Virus record (IMG/VR): IMGVR_UViG_3300021400_000138
Span: 1-64,000 of that record
Origin: a virus
Lineage: Duplodnaviria; Caudoviricetes
Reading direction: 5' to 3' (one strand)
DNA length: 64,000 bases
The translations under genes were made by a program, and so were the position numbers. This document shows positions 10,167-18,895 of the stretch, piece after piece. The stretch's first letter is position 1, and each line of letters opens with the position of its first letter. The notes under the pieces were generated by a model that did not search any database, was not told the DNA's origin, and saw only the letters and a list, made by a program, of their open reading frames with translations.

Positions 10167-10277
10167 CTAACCTTCAAGATCATCATAGTTATTTGCTGAC
10201 ACTAGACATATACAAAGTATACCAAGTGCCGCTCCAACAAGCACCCCGATTCCCAAACCGAGGAAAAATAACCGCAT
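10167..10277 (-). CDS. small membrane protein (36 aa, DUF3789-like)
   Basis: AAGGAG RBS; MRLFFLGLGIGVLVGAALGILCMCLVSA. Confidence 0.6.
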   Translation of the reverse strand: MRLFFLGLGIGVLVGAALGILCICLVSANNYDDLEG

Positions 10278-10352
10278 AAGAATCAACTCCTTTCTATTAT
10301 GGCGGATTTATAGTTACTAAAGAGAGAAGAGAGTAGAATTATTCTACTGTAT

Positions 10353-10381
10353 AGTATACTACTATCGATAAAGTATGTCAA
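10353..10381 (-). promoter_or_regulatory. sigmaA-type promoter for the antirepressor-RNAP operon
   Basis: TTGACA-17 nt-TATACT on the minus strand. Confidence 0.75.
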
Positions 10382-10402
10382 TATTTATTTTATTATTTCT
10401 AT

Positions 10403-11623
10403 TTAAGAATGTGAATATTCTGTGATCCAGTTTTGTAATAATTCGCGCATTCTACGACTTGGTATATAAATATATATTTCTTTTCCATCTCTTATTGCGG
10501 ACCGCCAGATCCATTGCAGCATTTCTGATAAGGCATATCCATCTTCATCAACCGCAATGTCATGATCTTGGAAAAATCCTTTGATCATTGGATTGAGATA
10601 GATGTTAACCAGGTATGCAAGAGATGTTCTTTCCTTATATGCATTCGTAGCCCTCATGTTAATTGGAATAAATCCTCTGGTATATCCTTTTCCCGAAAGA
10701 GCATTTTTGTAATCTTTAAATGTTGTCCAGATATTATCTTTACTATTATCATTTCTTATATTTCTAAAAAAATTTGAAACATTATTCTTAAGTTGTTTTA
10801 AAATTTCCGAATTATTATATCTGTCATACCATGATTTTGATAGGGCAGTTTTATAATCTCCAATCACATTTAATTTTTCATTATCTAATATATGAATTAG
10901 TTCATTATATGGGACAGTAATGGTATTACTATTATGTCCTTCCTCAAATTTATAATTACTTACATCATTACCAGAGATATGGAGATATTTGTAATTAACA
11001 TCATAATAGTCATAATAGTATTTTTGCACTTGAGCATTAAATAAATAAGTCAATATATATATCTTATTAAATGCTTTAAATGTTTGTACGGGAAATAGCC
11101 ACATTAATACTTTACCGCGAACAATAGTTAAACCTCCGAGATTACAAAGATTTTTAACCTCTGTAAATTTTCCGATATAATCTTGCTGGTCTTCCCGCCA
11201 GGTTAATTTTCCTTTTTCATCATAGTCTACATATAGGTTTAATAAAATACGAATATCATCTTCTGTGATTTCATATGGCTGCACAACCTCGGCAACCTCA
11301 TCCATAATTAATGTATAGTTAAGTGTTTTACATAATGAAATTACTTCTTCATCAAATTTTTGGAAAAGGGCATGGGTACTTACAATATTATTTCCATTCT
11401 TAATCAGATCTTTTACATCATTTAATTTGGATCCACGTTTCTGGATTGGTTCCTTAAAATGTTTGGATTGACATTTTGTTTTGTATCTTTCCACTTCATC
11501 AAGATAGGGAGTAATGATTATAAATCTTTCATCTTCCGAATTGTTAATATAATTTATTGCTGCCGAAGATTTTCCTCGGCCCATCATTTCATCTACTACA
11601 TATATTTCTGTATTGCTAATCAT
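10403..11623 (-). CDS. SF2 helicase-related protein, SPbeta YonV-like
   Basis: VVDEMMGRGKS (Walker A-like), IITPYLDE, LIMDE, QWIWRSAIR, IYIPSRRMR. Confidence 0.7.
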   Translation of the reverse strand: MISNTEIYVVDEMMGRGKSSAAINYINNSEDERFIIITPYLDEVERYKTKCQSKHFKEPIQKRGSKLNDVKDLIKNGNNIVSTHALFQKFDEEVISLCKTLNYTLIMDEVAEVVQPYEITEDDIRILLNLYVDYDEKGKLTWREDQQDYIGKFTEVKNLCNLGGLTIVRGKVLMWLFPVQTFKAFNKIYILTYLFNAQVQKYYYDYYDVNYKYLHISGNDVSNYKFEEGHNSNTITVPYNELIHILDNEKLNVIGDYKTALSKSWYDRYNNSEILKQLKNNVSNFFRNIRNDNSKDNIWTTFKDYKNALSGKGYTRGFIPINMRATNAYKERTSLAYLVNIYLNPMIKGFFQDHDIAVDEDGYALSEMLQWIWRSAIRDGKEIYIYIPSRRMRELLQNWITEYSHS

Positions 11624-11639
11624 AAGATATCCTTTCGTT

Positions 11640-12835
11640 AATAGAATGTTAATAATTTAGAAATATATAGTTTACAAACGAGCTGAACTAGCCGTTTGGC
11701 TATTTAATTTTTAGCACCTTAAAAGTGATAATTTTTTATCCTTTATTTATCGATGTTTTGAATGATTTTTGGTTAAATATCTCAATTTTAGAAACTAAAC
11801 AAAAAGTGCTAAAATTTTTAAAAAATGCCCTATTTATGGGCCTTTTAGATGCCAGTCCTTATAAGAGGGGTATAAAAAGTGCTAAAATCAAAAATTAAAA
11901 AATTCTTTGCGGTGACGACACTTGTTTCGGCATCCGCCAAGTATAGTACGAAGAAATATATAATATAGTTTAATTCACTTTTACATATTTAGGTTTCGTA
12001 GCCCCCCCTTTACAAAAGATCTATATACTATTTCTGGGGCTACGAGCAAAATCTGTCTGCGACGCTTATGGCGTCTTAGCCAGATAAATTATTAGAATAA
12101 GTTTTTTTCTTTTTATGATCTTATAAGAAGATGTTTTGGATTAATTCGGTTTTATGTATGTAATGTTATATAAATATTTAATGCTTCGGGATAAATTTAA
12201 TTCAATGTATCTTTATTTATTAACTGAGGAATGTTTTTATATTTGGTGCGGCGAATTTGGGATTTAATCCTGGCGAATATTTATTGGTTATTGATGGATG
12301 ATTTTATAAATTATTTTTTAAAATATTATTTATGTATTTCGGTTTTTATTTATATTACGCCACTAGATTTGCTAGTTGCGCCTGGTGAATATTTTGTACA
12401 CGCTGCTGAGATAATTGGACGGCGCTTTGCGTGATGGATTGTGTTATTAATTATATATGGATACTTAAATATTTGAATTTATATTATCATGATTTTCTTA
12501 TTGTGTCAATATATGAATATTAAGTTATCCACAGAATTATTTGATACTGGATCTTGGTTTTGGGAGTTATTAACAGGATGGATGTGGATAATTTTTTGTA
12601 ATGAGATTTTGTATTTGTGGTGGGATTTTGGGATTATGGGACGGGAGAGTTTGGCTTATTTATTGGGATTGTGGGGGTGGTTGTTTATAGGATTGGTTTT
12701 TGTGTTTAGCGATGGGAGGGGCGATAATTTTTTTGTAGTGTGTGAGTGGACCAGCTTATAGCAAAAACCCAGTCCTGGCCTGAAAATCTGCTGAAATAGG
12801 GGGTATTTTTGGGATAAAGTAAATATTTTTTGCCG
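11640..12835. other. non-coding strand-switch region, candidate replication origin and/or packaging terminus
   Basis: Divergent genes either side; AAAAGTGCTAAAAT repeats; inverted repeat 11996-12045; two perfect DnaA boxes; G/T-skewed tract. Confidence 0.55.
12525..12591. promoter_or_regulatory. inverted pair of DnaA boxes
   Basis: TTATCCACA 12525-12533 and TGTGGATAA 12583-12591; degenerate TTATTAACA at 12567. Confidence 0.65.
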
Positions 12836-12929
12836 GAAGTGATTCTAATTTTTATGCGGGTATGTTAGGATAAAGGCCTAAACAATTATATTCACGGTTA
12901 GCGAGTGCTAACAGAAAGAGAGGTATATT

Positions 12930-14264
12930 ATGATGAAATTATCTTATGTTCCTATCGATGAACTTGAAAACTTAGGATTGTTTGAGACTCTTACAAAAAG
13001 AATTATTAAGAGTCTCGCAAAAAATTATTCCAATGATGGAATAAGCGCAACTTGCGAAAATCTTATTATGAACTGTTTTAATGATGTTATTATGGCAGAC
13101 TTAAAACAGGAAATAACAGTCGCAATACTTGAAAATCTTCCGGCTTTTACCTTAGCAAGTTCTGTTTATACTCACAATCTCATGATTGTTTCAGCATACG
13201 GCGAAACTATCACATATAAAACAAAAACGGGAGAAAAAGCGGTAAATCCTTATAACTATTTGTGCCGGGTAATTAGGTTATACCTTGACAAGAATACAAA
13301 TAAAAGCGTTGAACTTATAATTGACAATGATAGGGAAGACGGCGAGACGATTAATGTTATTGATATGTTGTCAGAACGTCTAAACAAAAAGGGCTATGCT
13401 CTTTTTGAATACCCGGAATTCATGCATTTTGTTTCGAAACATGTTGACGGCGTTTTGTATGATGAAATTGCCGACTTTTGTATGTACCTTTGCAATGGTT
13501 ATAAGATTAATGCTATTGCGGAAAAAATGAATATTAAAGAGACTCGCGCCTATTGGTTAAGAAAAAAGATAGCCAGTCTTTTTGGTGAGTATAAACCCAT
13601 TGAAAGAAAAACAGTTGACTTTGCAAAAGTTGCAACTGTTGACGGTAGAGAAACTTATAAACGTGTTGACGTCGTAAAAGCGACGTCTGAAACACTCGGG
13701 AAAAAGAGTGTTGTTAGTGTTTGCCTACTTCCTACTTATACCATGCTGGAAAATCACGGCGATAAGGTTATGAGGCAAGTTATTACAGAATCCATTAACA
13801 TGAACGTCAACAGGGATAATGATGGTAACGAAAGTCGTATAATTGTAACACCTATCGAAAACACTAGGATTAAAAGATATGTTGTGAACATGACTAAACA
13901 CAATGAAGTTGAGTCTTTCGGAATTAAAACGAAAGAATCTGACAAATCGGCCTCCGGTTCCTATCAATTTAGATATGGTTACACACCTAACTATAGTAGT
14001 ATGGTTAGGATTGAAAACCATGAAAAACAGGAATATATACGACAGTTGTACAATGTGCCGGAGTCTGAAAAAGCACCTATTAAAAGGGCACACGTCAAAC
14101 TTGAATTGATGGACATTAGGAAAGAAAAAGAAGACAGAATGACATATAAACCATCGGCCGGAAAAGCTTTTAAAGATTATCCGGATTATGTTACGAAGTC
14201 AAAATGGAGTGCTGAAAACGTTGCTAAACATTGCAAGCGTTATCCTGAAACACTTCACAAGTGA
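12930..14264 (+). CDS. hypothetical protein with a sigma-region-4/LuxR-like HTH
   Basis: GAGAGG RBS; LCNGYKINAIAEKMNIKETRAYWLRKKI resembles an HTH. Confidence 0.6.
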   Translation: MMKLSYVPIDELENLGLFETLTKRIIKSLAKNYSNDGISATCENLIMNCFNDVIMADLKQEITVAILENLPAFTLASSVYTHNLMIVSAYGETITYKTKTGEKAVNPYNYLCRVIRLYLDKNTNKSVELIIDNDREDGETINVIDMLSERLNKKGYALFEYPEFMHFVSKHVDGVLYDEIADFCMYLCNGYKINAIAEKMNIKETRAYWLRKKIASLFGEYKPIERKTVDFAKVATVDGRETYKRVDVVKATSETLGKKSVVSVCLLPTYTMLENHGDKVMRQVITESINMNVNRDNDGNESRIIVTPIENTRIKRYVVNMTKHNEVESFGIKTKESDKSASGSYQFRYGYTPNYSSMVRIENHEKQEYIRQLYNVPESEKAPIKRAHVKLELMDIRKEKEDRMTYKPSAGKAFKDYPDYVTKSKWSAENVAKHCKRYPETLHK

Positions 14265-14269
14265 TTTAC

Positions 14270-14295
14270 AGCCCCTCAAATGAGGGGCTTTTTTT
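14270..14295 (+). terminator. intrinsic terminator
   Basis: AGCCCCTCA-AA-TGAGGGGCT followed by a T tract. Confidence 0.85.
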
Positions 14296-14326
14296 ATACC
14301 ATCATAGCCCAGGCACTATATATACA

Positions 14327-14540
14327 ATATGCACAAAAACTATACCTGATTTTTGTGCATATTTTTTTATGCTTTTAATTCTAATTTTTACGGAAAAATC
14401 CCCTTATAGGTGTAAAGGTTAAGAGATAAAAAAGAGTAAAAAATAGTATAGTAAAAATGCACAAAAAAATTATATAAAATTTGTGCATTTTTAAATTCTA
14501 ATTTTTACGAAAAAAAACCTTTATAGGTAAGAGATAAAAA
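14327..14540 (+). promoter_or_regulatory. tandem duplicated operator/promoter module
   Basis: Two copies of TGCACA-N18-TGTGCA, each followed by TTCTAATTTTTACG-N12-TATAGGT and AAGAGATAAAAA. Confidence 0.65.
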
Positions 14541-14585
14541 GTGATTGAAAATTAAAAAATTCAGTCGCTGGTTTATATCTTATAA

Positions 14586-14786
14586 GTACGAAAGTACAGA
14601 TACGGTATATCTAAAATACCGACTGTATATCACGTTACAGTCTAATCTTGCGTGCGGTTTGATAAGCCCAACTTATCACGTTACCGTCTGGTAAACGGTA
14701 ACTCTCAGGAGCAGACCCGTACCAACGGGTCAGGAGTGTCCAAAACAGTGGGCGGCTTGTATATCCTAGGGTACAAGCCGTTTTTT
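14586..14786 (+). ncRNA. candidate small RNA of serial hairpins ending in a terminator
   Basis: Six perfect short hairpins, then GGCGGCTTGTA/TACAAGCCGTT and a T tract. Confidence 0.55.
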
Positions 14787-15019
14787 GATTTTATGCGCTC
14801 CTGTTAAGCTCACGAGTGCAAGCCCTCAGCCGTGGGATTCTCCGGAATCTGGCGGCATGGCGTGAGCGATTCTGACAGATTGCACAAAGTCCGTCGTTAA
14901 TGTTGTGATCCTCCAGGCGTTCTTGTGAGGTTTACCGAGCGCATAAAAATTGTGTGCCGGGTAAACCTTGCAATAACGCAAGGTATAAAATTCTTATACC
15001 GAAAATGGAGGTAGGTATT

Positions 15020-15901
15020 ATGTCTAATGCTATCATCAACACTAGCGAAGTTACTATCAACGCAGCACAGAACACGAAGACTGTTCCGGTTGCCGCCCCA
15101 ATGCGTGATGCTATCATCACTGCGTTAAACGCTGGGAATCCTCATGCAATTAAAGCGTCCGAGGTTCAGTATGCGGGTGTAACTCCCGAAGAGTTTTCCG
15201 CATGGACAACGTGGGTTGAATCTCTGCGTCAGGCATGCATTGAGTACGGTAAGGTCGTTGATGACAAGACGTCCAGCCAGGAACAGTTAGATCTTGCAAA
15301 AGGTCGTGTCTGGGATAAGTGGCGCACTATCCTGAAGGCGGGCGAAGAGGACAAGTTCCACCCGAACATGTTCACCCGTGAACAGGATGCTGAAACCGTC
15401 AGGGTTTACGCTACTGGTATTACTACGCTCACCATCCCGGGCATCGGTTCTGTTGCTTCGGTCACTCCTGCGAATATTTTCCGCAAGATGATCGAAAAAT
15501 TCTTGGGCCTGCGGATCCGTGCTAATGCGGCACTCTGCGATGCGGATAGAGATACGATTGCTAAGTATCTTGGTGCAAAGGCATCGATTCTGAAGGCACA
15601 GGAGCGTCTGAGAGGTCAGGATACTGACGACGGACATAAGCCCGGTTTACTGGAGAACATGGCTACCTTGCAGAAAAGATATGAGGACAGCATTGCGCTT
15701 CTTGTATCTGTTGGTATTGACGAGGACACCGCCAAGAAGAATCCGGCAATGGTGACATTAACCGAGAATATTTCTACAATTGAGGCTCAGATTAAGGCAG
15801 CCAGCAAGACAATCAGTGAAGCTAACACCTTCATCGCAGATAATCAGACCCAGTATGACCGCATCATTGCAACCATCAACAAGATTGAGGCCGGGAAGTA
15901 A
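15020..15901 (+). CDS. hypothetical helical protein (293 aa; start revised to 15020)
   Basis: GGAGGT RBS before ATGTCTAAT; higher GC, biased codons; coiled-coil C-terminus. Confidence 0.8.
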   Translation: MSNAIINTSEVTINAAQNTKTVPVAAPMRDAIITALNAGNPHAIKASEVQYAGVTPEEFSAWTTWVESLRQACIEYGKVVDDKTSSQEQLDLAKGRVWDKWRTILKAGEEDKFHPNMFTREQDAETVRVYATGITTLTIPGIGSVASVTPANIFRKMIEKFLGLRIRANAALCDADRDTIAKYLGAKASILKAQERLRGQDTDDGHKPGLLENMATLQKRYEDSIALLVSVGIDEDTAKKNPAMVTLTENISTIEAQIKAASKTISEANTFIADNQTQYDRIIATINKIEAGK

Positions 15902-16720
15902 TTTCTGGATTTTGTAACTATCTATGCAGAGGACTACCCCGAATAGGGGTAGTAATGCGCTAACCGGATCACCTCCGGTTACTGGTTCCAAGTCCAGAGC
16001 ATTTGTGGAGAGAGTGCCCTAGCCACATTAAATCCAGGAAGAGCGGCTTTGCCAGTACTACGAAAATAACTGGCGGAAATCTAGGTTGTGCTATGGACGC
16101 GTGTAAATAATCCTAGTTGAGGTACATCTACCAGTGGATGTTGCCAAGATATGACCCATTGGGGTACACTGGCAAAATAATCTAAAAGGAGGAACTAATC
16201 CTAGAACCATTGGGCTAGTAATTCGTCGGATGCGGACGTTAAAGAGCCAAGAATCCCGCACCGGTAAGGTTTTGCGACACTCCAAAACCATGTGCGGTTA
16301 AATAGGCAATCTCTGGTAAAAAGGGGTTGCCCGAGTGAGGTTGGTTTCCGGATAATCCAGCTATACCACAATAGCAAAAACCGAATAATCAGAAAGGGGG
16401 TATCCTATGGGTACTGGCTCCCGATAGCTGACCACTCGCGGGGTTAGCTATCTAATCAAACCGCGAGATAGTGCGCCCGGATGTACCGCACGATAAAGAT
16501 AGCTCCGGTGATGTTACCAACCGCATTAGGCAGTGCGTGCTAAAGTACAAAAGTCTGCTATCTCCGGGAACATTATAGGTGAAGGTTGTACCGAGGTGAC
16601 ACGGTCAATAACACGATCCAGAGTCCGCTAAACTCTGGTGATGAAATGCCCGAGTGAGGGTAGCGCCTCACAATAAACCGTGACCACATGACGCCTGGCT
16701 GCAGACGGGTTAATCAACGT
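15902..16720 (+). ncRNA. candidate large structured ncRNA tract
   Basis: About 820 nt, GC-elevated, no credible CDS; many stems, H-type pseudoknot 16423-16467, duplicated TGCCCGAGTGAGG. Confidence 0.55.
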
Positions 16721-17080
16721 GGTACACACAATAACCAACGGGCATTACGCCATGCAGGAAGATGGAAACCCTCTTCGTGGGCCTGCGGCAGATACAGAAA
16801 CGGAAACGGATCTGGCAAGTATTCCATCGTATAAGGGAAACGGAAACCTGTCCAACAACGGAAACGGAAAGGAGTTTCTTATGTTTGAGGTCGTTGTAAC
16901 TTATGAAATGTGTGATGAGTACTGCACATGGTTTGATTCCAGAAAGTTCGGAGATTTTTTTCACGCCTATCTCTGGGCGATCTCCGATCATTCCGGAGAG
17001 GGGGCGGATCAGTATTGTGTTGAAATTAGACACGGCGATCCTCGAAACTGGCGTTTTCTCACTGTTAGTGAAATGATTCA

Positions 17081-17108
17081 TTGACAGCAAAACTTGTTGT
17101 GTTATAAT
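17081..17108 (+). promoter_or_regulatory. sigmaA promoter with extended -10
   Basis: TTGACA-16 nt-TATAAT with TG upstream of the -10. Confidence 0.75.
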
Positions 17109-17198
17109 AATTTCGAGGTTGGGGAACGGAATATATAATTGTTTAGGAATCTATATAACCTTTCTTTCCTCCAACCTCTTTTTAGGGGGTGGTACAAA

Positions 17199-17537
17199 AT
17201 AGTTTCAATTATAAGTAACGAATTCCCGGAAGGGGATGATCGTATCTTGACATCTGCACGAATGAGTGCAGAAAGTTATGCCCAATATCTAAACGGGCTA
17301 TCAAGTTGTCAAAAACTAGATGAAAAAGGGAAACTAATATCCGCAGAATTCGAGGATCCCAATCAGATTCTTTCGTTTCATGCGGGGATAGTAAAAATTC
17401 CGGATAAAACGGAATTTGATAACATTGACATCAAAAATTTTTCCGAAATGTTAAGCTATTTCGATGACGTTGGAATCTATATTGATTCCGGTATTGAATT
17501 CACATTAGTTAAACACATTTATACAGAAGAGACCTAA
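17199..17537 (+). CDS. hypothetical protein (probable ATA start)
   Basis: GGGGGTGG RBS 6 nt before an in-frame ATA; terminator-like hairpin 17526-17553 follows. Confidence 0.55.
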   Translation: MVSIISNEFPEGDDRILTSARMSAESYAQYLNGLSSCQKLDEKGKLISAEFEDPNQILSFHAGIVKIPDKTEFDNIDIKNFSEMLSYFDDVGIYIDSGIEFTLVKHIYTEET

Positions 17538-18064
17538 AAGTGGTCTCTTCTTTATTTGTAAATATAGGAGGTAAATTATGGAATTATATGAAGTAATTAA
17601 CACCTGGGATAATTCCCGTGAATTTATAGGAACATTTAAAGAATGTTGTGATTTCGTCGATAATATGGCGAATTTCACAACTCAGAACTTTGATATCCGG
17701 GAAATTCCGGATGATGAAGAAGATTGATATTTTGTCCTGAGCATGACAATAAACTGCTCTTTCTTTATACCTACATTCGAGATTATGAAATATTTCATAG
17801 TCTGGAATGTGGGCATAACCAACAAAAAAACAGTTTCCAATACGGAAACGGAAAGGAGAAACACCATGATCACCATCCAGCGCAATATGGATGGTACCTA
17901 CACGATTGACATGAAAGTGGAATCTTGCGGACAGACCGCAAAATTCTACGGTACATTCAAGAGTGTAGAATCTTCAGCGGAACCGGATCCCGGATTTCTG
18001 CTGAAAGCTTACTTTGTTGGCGAAGAGCGTGACAACTCAGAAACCTAACGAGTAAGTAGTAACA

Positions 18065-18100
18065 GAGGGGGAACTATTCCACGGAGTAGTTCCCTTTTTT
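18065..18100 (+). terminator. intrinsic terminator
   Basis: GGGAACTATTC-CACG-GAGTAGTTCCC and a T tract. Confidence 0.8.
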
Positions 18101-18895
18101 GGTGATCATGGTGTAAACAACTATGACAAAAAGAATTAAGAACAAGGTTGACGATGCAAAATATACACTTTGGGGACGTTACTCAAAGGGTATATTAATA
18201 CCCATTATCATTACATTATGTATTATCTGCATCGGCTTTATAGATGCTGGTGCAGAAGCGGGCAACTACCCCAAAGTTGAAAATGCAACTATTAAAACCA
18301 TCGTAACATTAGACTCCGGTGATGAATTCGTTGTTTCCGCAAGGGAAACGAAAGTAACAGTTAATACGTACAACTCCTCGGATCCCCGCGATTGGGAGAT
18401 AGGAAAGTGGTGATCATGCGAAGGCAGCCAACTTTCAAATTCGCAAAGCGGTTGCTAATCATAGTTCTCGCAGCCGCTATCATTGTATCATTTTTTAAAA
18501 AGGGAAACCAATTCACGGTACCACATAAATGGTACTACATACAAGATCTTGTGGATGTTTAAGCAATAATACGCACACAGCTACGCCTGAGTTGCCCGAT
18601 GTGGACGGCGGTTTGGGTGGATAGTACGTATAAAATTGTGAAACTTCACTTTAAATCTTGACGGAAATGCAAATAATAAATATCATCTCAAACAAGAAAG
18701 GAAAACTAAATATGGCAGCTAAGAAGGCAAACGTAACTGTAACTCTTGAATTTGAAAAAGCAACTAAAAACACGATCAGATTTGCTGAGGCCCTTGCTTC
18801 TGAACTTGATGCTCCGGTAATTGGCACAATCTATGTGCCGAAGGCAACTCTGAAACAAATCGGTTGGGCGGAAGGTAAACCGCTCACAGTAACTA

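Noticed and set aside
12231-12761. Track ORFs 12231..12434 and 12489..12761
   Set aside because: W/F/L/G-rich translations follow from the G/T skew; RBS weak or absent; they overlap the DnaA boxes.
16091-16291. Minus-strand ORF, and similar antisense shadow ORFs throughout the window
   Set aside because: No RBS or motifs; they lie opposite structured RNA or well-supported genes.
16471-16720. Group II intron suggested by GTGCGCCCGG
   Set aside because: No domain V, no reverse transcriptase and no interrupted gene found.
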